Assembly (NCBI GenBank): GCA_021734255.1
Contig: JAIPJM010000003.1
Span: forward strand, 61,517-125,516
Origin: Fidelibacterota bacterium
Lineage (GTDB): Bacteria > Fidelibacterota > UBA8477 > JABMPR01
DNA length: 64,000 bases
Reading direction: 5' to 3'
A program made the translations under genes and the position numbers. The notes under the pieces were generated by a model. The model saw nothing but the letters and a program-made list of their open reading frames with translations, was not told where the DNA came from and ran no database searches. The stretch's first letter is position 1. Each line of letters opens with the position of its first letter. Positions 47,348 through 56,987 of the stretch are shown here, piece after piece.

Positions 47348-48727
47348 ATGAAGTATCCGCCAGAACCATTTCGAATTAAGACCGTTGAGGCCATCTCACG
47401 GACGACGGAGTGGGAGCGCCTCTCCACCATCCAGGATGCAGGATTCAACGTATTCAACATCCCAGCTGAAAAGATCTACATCGACCTCCTGACCGACAGC
47501 GGTACCAGCGCTATGAGTGACAATCAATGGGCTGGCATGATGATAGGTGACGAATCCTACGCTGGTTCGAAGAATTACTTCAGGTTTGAGGCAATGATCC
47601 ATCGGATCTTCGGCTTCAAGTATGTCATTCCCACCCACCAGGGACGGGTGGCTGAAAATCTTTTGTTCTCCACCATCCTAAAAGCGGGTGCAGGTCAGGT
47701 TATCCCCAACAATAATCATTTTGATACTACCCGTGCCAATGTGGAATATAACGGTGGTATAGCAGAAGACCTGGTCGTGGATATTGCCAAGGACACCCAG
47801 GCCCTTGCCGATTTCAAGGGGAATATTGACCTGGATAAACTCGAGAGACTCGTTCAGAAAGTCGGTGCTGAGAACATCCCCATTGGCATGCTGACCATCA
47901 CCAATAATTCTGGTGGCGGTCAACCGGTGTCCATGGAAAATATAAGGAAAACATCAGAATTGTTGCACCAGCATGGCATCCCTTTTTTCATTGATGCCTG
48001 CCGCTTTGCGGAAAATGCCTATTTCATTAAAAAGCGCGAATCGGGTTACGGTGAGAAGAATATCCTGGAGATCGCCAACGAGATGTTTTCCTACGCAGAT
48101 GGTTGCACCATGAGTGCCAAGAAAGATGGATTGGTAAACATGGGTGGCTTCTTTGCTACCAACAACAAAGACCTAGCCGAGCAGATCACAAACCGCCTGA
48201 TCCTCATTGAAGGATTCCCCACCTATGGTGGGCTTGCCGGACGTGATCTGGAGGCTATCGCACGTGGTTTAGAGGAAGTGTTGCATGAAGACTATCTGGC
48301 TTATCGTATCTCTCAAGTGGAAGAGCTTGGTGACCGTCTCATTGCAGCAGGGGTGCCCATCCTAAGGCCGACCGGTGGCCACGCCGTTTACCTGGATGCT
48401 AAAAATTTCCTGCCACATGTACCCCAGTCCCAGTTTCCAGGAATTGCCCTTACCGTTGCACTCTACACCCATGCAGGAATTCGGGCCGTGGAGATCGGCA
48501 GCTTGATGTTCGCCCATCAGGATGAGAAAGGAAATACCCATTATCCTGACCTGGAACTGGTTCGACTGGCGATTCCACGCAGAGTCTACACAAATAGTCA
48601 GATGGAATATGTTGCTGAGAATATCATTGAACTTTTCCAGGACCGTGAAAATATCGGTGGCTACGAAATCGAGTATGAGGCGAGTGTTCTCAGGCATTTT
48701 ACAGCCCGCATGAAGCCTCTTAAATAG
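47348..48727 (+). CDS. tnaA: Tryptophanase (beta-eliminating lyase; TnaA/TPL family)
   Basis: MKYPPEPFRIKTVE...IDLLTDSGT...PTHQGR...SAKKD (PLP Lys)...FPTYGGLAGRD...LRHFTARMKPL. Start moved to MKYP. Confidence 0.85.
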   Translation: MKYPPEPFRIKTVEAISRTTEWERLSTIQDAGFNVFNIPAEKIYIDLLTDSGTSAMSDNQWAGMMIGDESYAGSKNYFRFEAMIHRIFGFKYVIPTHQGRVAENLLFSTILKAGAGQVIPNNNHFDTTRANVEYNGGIAEDLVVDIAKDTQALADFKGNIDLDKLERLVQKVGAENIPIGMLTITNNSGGGQPVSMENIRKTSELLHQHGIPFFIDACRFAENAYFIKKRESGYGEKNILEIANEMFSYADGCTMSAKKDGLVNMGGFFATNNKDLAEQITNRLILIEGFPTYGGLAGRDLEAIARGLEEVLHEDYLAYRISQVEELGDRLIAAGVPILRPTGGHAVYLDAKNFLPHVPQSQFPGIALTVALYTHAGIRAVEIGSLMFAHQDEKGNTHYPDLELVRLAIPRRVYTNSQMEYVAENIIELFQDRENIGGYEIEYEASVLRHFTARMKPLK

Positions 48728-48743
48728 GACTGTCACGCAAGAC

Positions 48744-50330
48744 ATGAAACGCCTGCACACCATATTAATCCTTATGCTCCTGCTGAACACTGCGCACGCC
48801 AGGCTTTACTGGGTATTCCTGGTAGATGATCCCGGCAGACCCCCAGCCGTTATTTCAGAAAAAGCAGCCGACAGGGTGGCGCTCCGCGGGAATTTGAGGA
48901 TACCGGGATCCAAGCTCGTCCTCCCCGACCATATTGCTGAGATAGAGTTCCTCGGATTCAAGATAAAGACTGCTTCCCGTTTTCTGAATGCTGTCAGTGT
49001 TGATGTTCAGAGCGAAGAGGATATCTATACGCTTAAGCAACTTCCGTTCGTCATTGACATGCAGCCTGTTGGACAGCGTCCAAGCAGAAAACCAGTAGCA
49101 TTTGATTCAGAAACCAGCCTGGCTCGAATCACTCAATTTGAGTATGGAGACTCCTACACCCAGAACGCCATGCTGGGAATACCCGCATTGCACAACTATG
49201 GCTATGATGGTGCTGGTGTCCTTATCGGTATATTTGATACCGGTTTCAATCAGGTCCACCCTGCCTTTGATGCCATGGATATAGTCAAGACATATGATTT
49301 TGTCGACCAAGAGGTGGATGTTACAACCACTTACCTTTCCAATCATGGGGATGATGTACTGAGTGTCATCGGGGGCTATGCTCCTGGTGAACTGATCGGA
49401 CCGGCATATGGCGCATCCTACCTATTGGCCCGCACAGAGAACATCGGCAGTGAAACACGACAGGAAGAGCACAATTGGATGGCTGCTGTGGAGTGGGCAG
49501 ATTCGCTGGGAGTGGATATCATTTCCTCTTCCCTTGTCTATTTTGATTTTGACGGTACGGGTGAAGATTATCCGATTTCCGCTCTGGACGGCCAGACAAC
49601 CATTGTTGCGCAGGCGGCCAACATCGCAGCTGCCCGGGGGATATTGGTGGTAAACGCAAATGGGAATGATGGGCCAGGAGATATGACACTCTGGCCTCCT
49701 GCTGATAGCCCCGACGTTCTTTCAGTCGGTGCCGTCGGACCAGATGAGGTCATAACAGGTTTTTCTGGCAGAGGTCCGACCTATGATGGCAGGATCAAGC
49801 CAGATGTTGTAGCACAGGGTTCATCCGTTCAGATGGTCAGTGGTACCAGCGGGTACAAGCTTGGTCAGGGAACATCTTACTCAACGCCTGCAGTTGCAGG
49901 TCTTGCCGCATTACTACTCCAGGCAGCTCCCGATATCAGCCCCGATTCCATCATATCAATATTCAAAGCAAATGGAGACCGGGCGAGCAACCCTGATAAT
50001 ATTTATGGATATGGTATTCCCCAATTTGCCTATTTATTTGAGCCCATTGGTGGTGATCAATTCCTGAATAATTTGACCTTCCCGAATCCGAGCACATATG
50101 ATTTCATTCATCTGGTACTGCCCCACCGCATTCCCGGTGATGTTGACGATGCGAAATTGTACAATATTAGGGGCCAATATCTGGGAGAACTTGCGGTAGA
50201 AAAAGTCTCGGGCACCACCCTGCGCCTGAATTTGCCAGACGATACACTCCTTGCAGACCAATTACTGATCGCCTCTGTCAGGATCGATGACAAGCGCTAC
50301 ACCGGTAAATTCGTTTATATCAAATCTTAA
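48744..50330 (+). CDS. S8 family subtilisin-like serine peptidase with T9SS-type C-terminal sorting domain
   Basis: Signal peptide. Catalytic D (GIFDTGF), H (HGDDV), S (GTSYSTPAVAG). C-terminal LYNIRGQYLGEL...GKFVYIKS resembles a T9SS CTD. Confidence 0.85.
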   Translation: MKRLHTILILMLLLNTAHARLYWVFLVDDPGRPPAVISEKAADRVALRGNLRIPGSKLVLPDHIAEIEFLGFKIKTASRFLNAVSVDVQSEEDIYTLKQLPFVIDMQPVGQRPSRKPVAFDSETSLARITQFEYGDSYTQNAMLGIPALHNYGYDGAGVLIGIFDTGFNQVHPAFDAMDIVKTYDFVDQEVDVTTTYLSNHGDDVLSVIGGYAPGELIGPAYGASYLLARTENIGSETRQEEHNWMAAVEWADSLGVDIISSSLVYFDFDGTGEDYPISALDGQTTIVAQAANIAAARGILVVNANGNDGPGDMTLWPPADSPDVLSVGAVGPDEVITGFSGRGPTYDGRIKPDVVAQGSSVQMVSGTSGYKLGQGTSYSTPAVAGLAALLLQAAPDISPDSIISIFKANGDRASNPDNIYGYGIPQFAYLFEPIGGDQFLNNLTFPNPSTYDFIHLVLPHRIPGDVDDAKLYNIRGQYLGELAVEKVSGTTLRLNLPDDTLLADQLLIASVRIDDKRYTGKFVYIKS

Positions 50331-50386
50331 CCATTCTGGAACAAGACCGGTCAAAACCAGTAATTAACTTAAAGTGGAGGTGAAAC

Positions 50387-50875
50387 ATGAAGACCCATAG
50401 AATTTTGATCCTCATCCTGGTTCTGGTAACGACAGTCCAGGCGAGCCCCCACCGTCGGGTCACACACCATCACTCCCACCCCTACCGCTACAGCAATCAT
50501 TATCGACCAGCCCATTACAATTATCTGCGCTACTCATATGGACCTGTCAGATACTACCAACCAGCCTACGTCACCCGGGTGACCAAAACAGTCTATCCCA
50601 AGAACCTGGTTACCATTACTGCTGAAGCCGTAACGGGGGATATCGAAACATTGCATGACGCCTTTCTGCGCGACCTCATCTCAGAAAATGATTATAAGGG
50701 AGCAAAGAAAACACTGTTGAATCGCATTGGCATGCAGGTTAATCCTGAGGCAGTCGGTGCTTCAACCCAGGATATCATTACTCAGATAGAGCACCTCTAT
50801 GAAATGAAGAGCAGACAGGTACTGACTGAGAGAGAATACCGCAAGCAGAAGAACAAATTGCTGGATATGATCTAA
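50387..50875 (+). CDS. Secreted hypothetical protein: His/Tyr/Arg-rich N-terminal region plus two SHOCT-like motifs
   Basis: Signal peptide. HRRVTHHHSHPYRYSNHYRPAHYNYLRYSYGPVRYY. Motifs LISENDYKGAKKTLL and VLTEREYRKQKNKLL. Confidence 0.45.
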   Translation: MKTHRILILILVLVTTVQASPHRRVTHHHSHPYRYSNHYRPAHYNYLRYSYGPVRYYQPAYVTRVTKTVYPKNLVTITAEAVTGDIETLHDAFLRDLISENDYKGAKKTLLNRIGMQVNPEAVGASTQDIITQIEHLYEMKSRQVLTEREYRKQKNKLLDMI

Positions 50876-50955
50876 AAACGAACCTTCCAACGCTTCCAAA
50901 CCACCAGCTAAAAATATTATCCAAAAAGGTACATCTTTTTCTTGGTTATAAATGA

Positions 50956-51549
50956 ATGCTCGTTTATTATAGATGCGTGAGAGTAAAAGACGATATAAAA
51001 CGTAACGCAATTATAGAAGCCACGGTTTCCTTGGTGAATGAGATCGGATTTGCTGCCAGTTCTGTGTCAAAGATCGCCAAACGGGCGGACGTCTCCCCTG
51101 CGACTATTTACATTTACTTCAAAAATAAAGACGACCTGCTGGTTTCCACTTATGTAGATATCAAAACCTGCCTCGCCAATGCCATTATGGAAGACTTCGA
51201 TTCTGATACACCCATCAGAGACGCTGTCTTTCTTGCCGGTAAAAAGCTGTATGCCTATATAAACAAACACCCCAAGCTCTTTTACTTCACGGAACAGTTC
51301 GCCAATTCACCCTATACTGACCTGGTTGACAAAGACAAGATCGAAGCACCATTCAAGCCCATGTATGATCGGATACAAGAAGGGATAGACCAGAAGATCA
51401 TTAAGGATGTTCCCTTCGAACTCCTGTTTGCTCACCTGTATCTACCCATTTTTAATCTGGTCAACCCCCGGCTGCATCCCAATTTTAAAGCAACGCCTGA
51501 GATCATTGACATATCCATGAACATGGCCTGGGACGCGATCAAGCTTTAA
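50956..51549 (+). CDS. TetR/AcrR family transcriptional regulator (true start possibly GTG near 50977)
   Basis: KRNAIIEATVSLVNEIGFAASSVSKIAKRADVSPATIYIYFKNKDDL HTH. Confidence 0.8.
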   Translation: MLVYYRCVRVKDDIKRNAIIEATVSLVNEIGFAASSVSKIAKRADVSPATIYIYFKNKDDLLVSTYVDIKTCLANAIMEDFDSDTPIRDAVFLAGKKLYAYINKHPKLFYFTEQFANSPYTDLVDKDKIEAPFKPMYDRIQEGIDQKIIKDVPFELLFAHLYLPIFNLVNPRLHPNFKATPEIIDISMNMAWDAIKL

Positions 51550-51570
51550 AAAAATTTCAAGGAAAACTGA

Positions 51571-52731
51571 ATGAACATTCGTTTAAATAAAACACTCAAA
51601 CGGACTGGCAAAACACTGCTGACCCTGGCGGTTGTCCTGGCTGGATTGACCTTCTCAGCAAATTCAGTGCAGTCCTCTGCAGAATACAATAAGGGAGAAT
51701 CTCCCATGGAAAAAATTATGGGTTCGCCACAGTTTGATGGTAAGCGCTTCAAACAGCAAGTTCCCATGAAAAATCCTTCCTTCACAGAAATGATGAAGGA
51801 CCAGTTCTTTGGAAATGAGATCCGCGTACCGGAACAAACCCTGCCCCAGCAGTATGCTGATCTAAGGCCGTTCTTCTCCACAGACAACAACCAAGTCAAT
51901 GTAACCAATGCCAGGCACTCCTCACTCCTGATCAATATCGATGGCTATCGCATCATGACCGATCCAGTTTTTGAGGCTAAAATCACTCCTGTTGGACCCA
52001 CGCGGTTCAATAAAGAGATTTCGGTGAATATCAATGACCTGAGAGACATCGATGTGGTGGTGATCTCCCACAATCACTATGATCATCTCAACAAATTCTC
52101 AATCCAGACATTGAATCCTGAGGTCACCCGTTTTCTGGTACCTCTTGGTGTAGGTGCCCAGTTGGAAAAGTGGGGTGTCTCCCGCGATAAAATCACTGAA
52201 CTGGACTGGTGGGATGAATTTAGTTTTAACGCGGATCTGACCCTGGTCTCAACCCCCAGTCAGCATTTCTCTGGACGCGGGTTGACAGACAGGAACAAGA
52301 CCCTCTGGACATCCTGGACCATCATGACGGCCAACCATCGGCTCTATTTCAGCGGTGATACGGGCTACTTTGATGGATTCAAAGAGATCGGTGCTAAATA
52401 TGGCCCCTTTGATATCGCGTTTATGGAATGTGGAGCCTACAACGACGCCTGGTCCACCGTCCACATGTTTCCGGAGGAGACCATACAGGGGGGCATTGAT
52501 CTAAATGCTCAGCATATTTATCCCATTCACTGGGGAACGTTTAGACTCGCCATGCATGACTGGTTCGATCCCATGGTCCGAGCCAGACTGGCTGCCGACA
52601 GCAGAGGCGTTTCACTTTTAACCCCTGTTTTCGGACAGACACTGGAGTATCCAGACTCTCTTACAACTACAGATTGGTGGATCCCATTCTTACCAGAGAT
52701 AAACGAAGCATTAACGGAGGTAGCCCCATGA
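51571..52731 (+). CDS. Secreted MBL-fold metallo-hydrolase (NAPE-PLD-like)
   Basis: Signal peptide. VVVISHNHYDHLN (HxHxDH) motif. Confidence 0.75.
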   Translation: MNIRLNKTLKRTGKTLLTLAVVLAGLTFSANSVQSSAEYNKGESPMEKIMGSPQFDGKRFKQQVPMKNPSFTEMMKDQFFGNEIRVPEQTLPQQYADLRPFFSTDNNQVNVTNARHSSLLINIDGYRIMTDPVFEAKITPVGPTRFNKEISVNINDLRDIDVVVISHNHYDHLNKFSIQTLNPEVTRFLVPLGVGAQLEKWGVSRDKITELDWWDEFSFNADLTLVSTPSQHFSGRGLTDRNKTLWTSWTIMTANHRLYFSGDTGYFDGFKEIGAKYGPFDIAFMECGAYNDAWSTVHMFPEETIQGGIDLNAQHIYPIHWGTFRLAMHDWFDPMVRARLAADSRGVSLLTPVFGQTLEYPDSLTTTDWWIPFLPEINEALTEVAP

Positions 52732-53408
52732 TCAAAGCAATCATCACCGGTGCAACTGGTATGGTCGGAGAAGGCGTTCTACATGAATGCATTAAACATC
52801 CAGATATAGAATCGATCCTGGTCATCACCCGTAAACCAACAGGTGTGAACGACCCTAAAGTAACGGAGCTCATCCATACAGACTTTTCAGATTTCAGCTC
52901 TCTTGAAGAGGAACTTAGGGGCTACAATGCAGCCTACCTCTGCATGGGCACCACTTCATTTCTCAGCTCTGAGAAGAGCTACAGCTATGTAACCTATGAC
53001 CTGACCATGGCCCTGGCGCGTCCACTTGTAGCGTTAAACCCAGACATCACACTTTGCTATGTCTCAGGTGCAGGAACGGATGCCAGCGAAGCAGGCAGGC
53101 TCATGTGGACCCGGGTCAAAGGCAAAACAGAGAATGATCTTCTTAAACTACCTGCCAAACAGGCTTTCATGTTCAGGGCCGGGATCATTACCCCAACCCG
53201 GGGGCTGAAAAACACCTATACTTTTTACAAAATTCTAAATCCAATCCTTCCTGTGGTCAGGAAGCTATTTCCCGGGATGATCTCAAGCCTTGAAGAGATA
53301 GGGCTGGCAATGATCCAGGCCACGAAAGAAGGATATGAAAAACCTATCCTTGAAGTGGCAGATATTGTGGCACTCGCCGCACAAGAGGGGAAAAACTTAC
53401 ATGAGTGA
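52728..53408 (+). CDS. NAD(P)H-binding epimerase/dehydratase-family protein
   Basis: MIKAIITGATGMVGEGVL Rossmann motif. ATGA overlap with the upstream gene. Confidence 0.7.
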   Translation: MIKAIITGATGMVGEGVLHECIKHPDIESILVITRKPTGVNDPKVTELIHTDFSDFSSLEEELRGYNAAYLCMGTTSFLSSEKSYSYVTYDLTMALARPLVALNPDITLCYVSGAGTDASEAGRLMWTRVKGKTENDLLKLPAKQAFMFRAGIITPTRGLKNTYTFYKILNPILPVVRKLFPGMISSLEEIGLAMIQATKEGYEKPILEVADIVALAAQEGKNLHE

Positions 53409-54300
53409 AAAATGGACCACGAATAATATTCCTGATCAATCCGGACGAACTGTCATCGTAACGGGAAGTAATAATGGTATTGGATACGAGGCTGCCAAGA
53501 CACTGGCCATGAAGAACGCGCAGGTGATTTTGGCGGTACGCGATCTGGAGAAAGGTGCTCAAGCCAAAAACAACATCCTCAAAGAATTTCCACAGGCTCA
53601 ACTACAGGTAATGCACCTGGATCTGGCAAATCTCAAGACAGTCGACTCTTTTGCGTCAGAATTCAGCGGGAGTAACTCCAGACTTGATCTGTTGATCAAT
53701 AATGCCGGGATCATGATCCCCCCCTATTCAAAAACAGAAGATGGATTTGAGTCTCAAATGGGCACCAATCATTTGGGTCACTTTGCCCTGACAGCCAAGT
53801 TATTCGACATGTTGGACAGCACACCGGGTAGCCGCATTGTAAATGTGAGTAGCGGTGCGCACAAAATGGGGAATCTTAACTTTGATGATCTTCACTGGGA
53901 AGATCGTCGATACATCCCCTGGCGCGCATATGGCGACAGTAAAATATCGAACCTCTATTTCACATTTGAACTGAGACGCCGAATTGAAAGCAGTGAGTCC
54001 AGGGTGCTTGTTGCTGTTGCTCATCCTGGGTATTCTGCTACCGGACTGCAAAAGTTAGCATTCCTTAAATTTTTAAATATCATTGTCGCCCAGTCTGCAG
54101 CCATGGGAGCCCTGCCCACGTTACGTGCAGCCACTGCCCCTGAAGTGAGAGCCGGTGACTATTTTGGCCCGGACGGTGTGGGTGAGATGCGTGGATTCCC
54201 GGAAAAGGTTGAGGCCAAGGAGCTAGCCCACGACGAAGAGATCGCCAGTAAATTGTGGGCCGTTTCAGAAGAGCTGACGGGCGTAACATTCAAGATTTAG
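53401..54300 (+). CDS. SDR family oxidoreductase
   Basis: TVIVTGSNNGIGYEAAK (TGxxxGxG), NNAG, YGDSK catalytic motif. Confidence 0.85.
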   Translation: MSEKWTTNNIPDQSGRTVIVTGSNNGIGYEAAKTLAMKNAQVILAVRDLEKGAQAKNNILKEFPQAQLQVMHLDLANLKTVDSFASEFSGSNSRLDLLINNAGIMIPPYSKTEDGFESQMGTNHLGHFALTAKLFDMLDSTPGSRIVNVSSGAHKMGNLNFDDLHWEDRRYIPWRAYGDSKISNLYFTFELRRRIESSESRVLVAVAHPGYSATGLQKLAFLKFLNIIVAQSAAMGALPTLRAATAPEVRAGDYFGPDGVGEMRGFPEKVEAKELAHDEEIASKLWAVSEELTGVTFKI

Positions 54301-54510
54301 TTCCCTCGCTGCATTTTTCCAGGCGAGTTATACAGGGACCTGTAACCAGGTCCCATTTAATGACTCAAATAGGGGGATTGTATCGGGCAGGATGAATGCT
54401 GAATTCAATATTGAAGGCCTGTGTAAACACTTTATATTTGCGCCGCGAAAAAGGAAATTGGTATTGGTACAACGAAAAAGACGAAGCGAACGAAATAGAA
54501 TACTAGGCGA

Positions 54511-54912
54511 ATGGTAATGGAAATTCTGCACCAACAACTATCAGACAAGCTTATAGAGTTGGCAATAGAGGTGCAGAAGGAACTTGGTGTTGGTTTCCTT
54601 GAGCGAGTTTATGAAAACTCGCTCGTTGTCGCGCTGCAGGATGAGACCATTTCTGTGGATCAACAAAAACATCTGAATGTTTATTTTCGAGGCAGAAACG
54701 TTGGAATCTATGTCGCAGATCTTGTGGTAGATGACAAGATCATTGTTGAGATCAAAGCGGTGGAAAGCCTTTCTAAAGCACACTATGCCCAGGCGATCAA
54801 TTATTTACAAGCAACAGATGTCGAGGTTGCCTATGTCATCAATTTTGGCAAAATACCGCTTCAGTTCAAACGATTGGTCAAACCCAACAAACAAAAACCA
54901 GTAGCTTCGTGA
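54511..54912 (+). CDS. GxxExxY family protein (PD-(D/E)XK-like)
   Basis: AIEVQKELGVGFLERVYENSL signature. 133 aa. Confidence 0.8.
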   Translation: MVMEILHQQLSDKLIELAIEVQKELGVGFLERVYENSLVVALQDETISVDQQKHLNVYFRGRNVGIYVADLVVDDKIIVEIKAVESLSKAHYAQAINYLQATDVEVAYVINFGKIPLQFKRLVKPNKQKPVAS

Positions 54913-54960
54913 TCTTCGTTCAATTCGTTGTCAGAAATAAAATATGGAGAAGAAATAGAT

Positions 54961-56844
54961 ATGAGTAAACATGTATTCCAAACCGAAGTAAGTGAACTGC
55001 TTCACCTTATTGTTCATTCACTGTATTCACACAAAGAGATTTTTCTACGGGAACTGGTATCCAATGCGTCCGATGCCCTGGACAAGCTGAAGTACCTGAC
55101 CCTGACAGAGGATGAATTTAAGAAGATCAATTTCGACCCACGGATTGACATTTCCTTCAACGACTCTGACGACGGTCGCTCCCTGACCATCAAAGACACT
55201 GGGATCGGTATGAACGAAGAGGACCTTGTCGAACATCTGGGGACCATCGCCCGATCAGGTACCAAGAATTTCCTGGGAAAGCTCTCCGGTGATGCCAAGA
55301 AGGATTCAAACCTTATCGGACAATTCGGTGTCGGATTCTACTCCTGTTTTATGGTGGCTGATGAAGTTGAGGTCATTTCAAAAAAGGCTGGAGAGGATCA
55401 GGGCTTCCGCTGGGTCAGCGATGGAAAAAGCGGGTATGAGATAGACAAGGTCGTCAAAAAAGAAACTGGAACGGAGATCACGCTCCACTTCAATGACGAG
55501 GGTAAGGAGTATGCTAACCGCTGGTCCATTACTGACATTCTTAAGAAGTACTCGAACCACATCGCATTCCCCATCTTCCTGGAATACGAAGAGAGCACCT
55601 TCGATGGTGAGGGTGAGGATAAAAAAGAGATCAAAGAACTGAAATCCGAGCAGGTCAATGATGCGACTGCATTCTGGAAGCGACCAAAGGGTGAGTTGAA
55701 GAAAAAAGATTATAACGAATTCTACAAAACCCTCAGCAATGATTTTCAGGATCCCCTGCTCCACCTGCATACACAAGCTGAAGGAGCTCTGGATTACACT
55801 ACCCTGTTTTACGTACCAGAGAAGGCACCGGCTGATCTATTCTATGCTGACTATAAACCTGGTGTAAAGCTCTATGTGAAACGTGTTTTCATCACAGATG
55901 ATGAGAAAGAGTTGCTACCGACCTATCTGCGATTTGTTAAGGGTATCATCGATTCTGAAGATCTACCGCTGAACGTCAGCCGGGAGATCCTCCAGCAGAA
56001 TAGAGTTCTGGATAATATTCGCAAATCTTCAGTGAAAAAACTCCTGAAGTCTTTTCAGTCCCTGGCTAAAAAAGACAAGGATTACCTGACGTTCTACAAG
56101 GAATTTGGCCGCCCCATCAAAGAAGGCTATTATCAGGATCAGGAGAACCGCGAACTACTGGAAAAGCTGGTGCGTTTCAAGTCAACCAAGGTTGAGGGCT
56201 ATACAACTCTTGAGGATTATGTCGGAAGAATGCAGGAAGATCAGAAGGGCATCTACTACATCACAGGCGACAATGAAGCTAGCCTGCGCCGCTCTCCGCT
56301 CATCGAAATGTACACATCCAAGGACATTGAAGTTCTGATCGCAGATGATGAGATCGATGAGATCATTATCCCCGGTGTGGCTAAATTTGGCGAACATGAC
56401 TTCAAATCTGTGAACCGCAGCAATGCCGGTGATGAACTGAAGCAGGATGATGAGCAGGATGATGAAACCAAGGATAAGGAAGCGGATGCATTCCTCAAAA
56501 AAGTGAAAAAGGTCCTGGGTGAGCGCGTCAAGGATGTGAAGATCTCTGCGCGTCTCACTGACTCACCTTCCGTCCTGGTAGCTGATGCTGAAGACCCCAC
56601 CTTCCAGATGCAGGAAATGATGCGGGCCATGGGTCAGTTTGACATGCCAGAAGCCAAGCCCATTCTCGAGATCAACCTGAAGCATCCGATCTTGAAGAAG
56701 ATGAAGGGTATGCGGAAATCCAAGGATTTTGACAATGCAACGGAGTTGCTGTATGAGCAAGCAATGTTACTCGAGGGAATGAAACTTGAGAATCCTGCTG
56801 ACTTTGTAAAGCGCCTGAATGATGTTTTGACAAAGTCTCTGTAA
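54961..56844 (+). CDS. htpG: Molecular chaperone HtpG (Hsp90)
   Basis: IFLRELVSNASDALDKL, GQFGVGFYS, LPLNVSREILQQ. Start at MSKHVF, preceded by GGAGAAG. Confidence 0.95.
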   Translation: MSKHVFQTEVSELLHLIVHSLYSHKEIFLRELVSNASDALDKLKYLTLTEDEFKKINFDPRIDISFNDSDDGRSLTIKDTGIGMNEEDLVEHLGTIARSGTKNFLGKLSGDAKKDSNLIGQFGVGFYSCFMVADEVEVISKKAGEDQGFRWVSDGKSGYEIDKVVKKETGTEITLHFNDEGKEYANRWSITDILKKYSNHIAFPIFLEYEESTFDGEGEDKKEIKELKSEQVNDATAFWKRPKGELKKKDYNEFYKTLSNDFQDPLLHLHTQAEGALDYTTLFYVPEKAPADLFYADYKPGVKLYVKRVFITDDEKELLPTYLRFVKGIIDSEDLPLNVSREILQQNRVLDNIRKSSVKKLLKSFQSLAKKDKDYLTFYKEFGRPIKEGYYQDQENRELLEKLVRFKSTKVEGYTTLEDYVGRMQEDQKGIYYITGDNEASLRRSPLIEMYTSKDIEVLIADDEIDEIIIPGVAKFGEHDFKSVNRSNAGDELKQDDEQDDETKDKEADAFLKKVKKVLGERVKDVKISARLTDSPSVLVADAEDPTFQMQEMMRAMGQFDMPEAKPILEINLKHPILKKMKGMRKSKDFDNATELLYEQAMLLEGMKLENPADFVKRLNDVLTKSL

Positions 56845-56870
56845 CTCATTTTCATTCATATCATGTGTAT

Positions 56871-56900
56871 TGAAAGCTCCAAATCGGGGCTTTCTTTTTT
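56871..56900 (+). terminator. Candidate rho-independent terminator (gaaagctccaaatcggggctttctttttt)
   Basis: Stem gaaagc/gctttc plus T-run after htpG. Confidence 0.5.
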
Positions 56901-56987
56901 GCCTTCCAATCATATTGGTAGAATTCGGCGGGGAGGAGAGGAAAGACTATATCAAGGGCCGCATATCAGCTCTTGAGGATAAACAGC

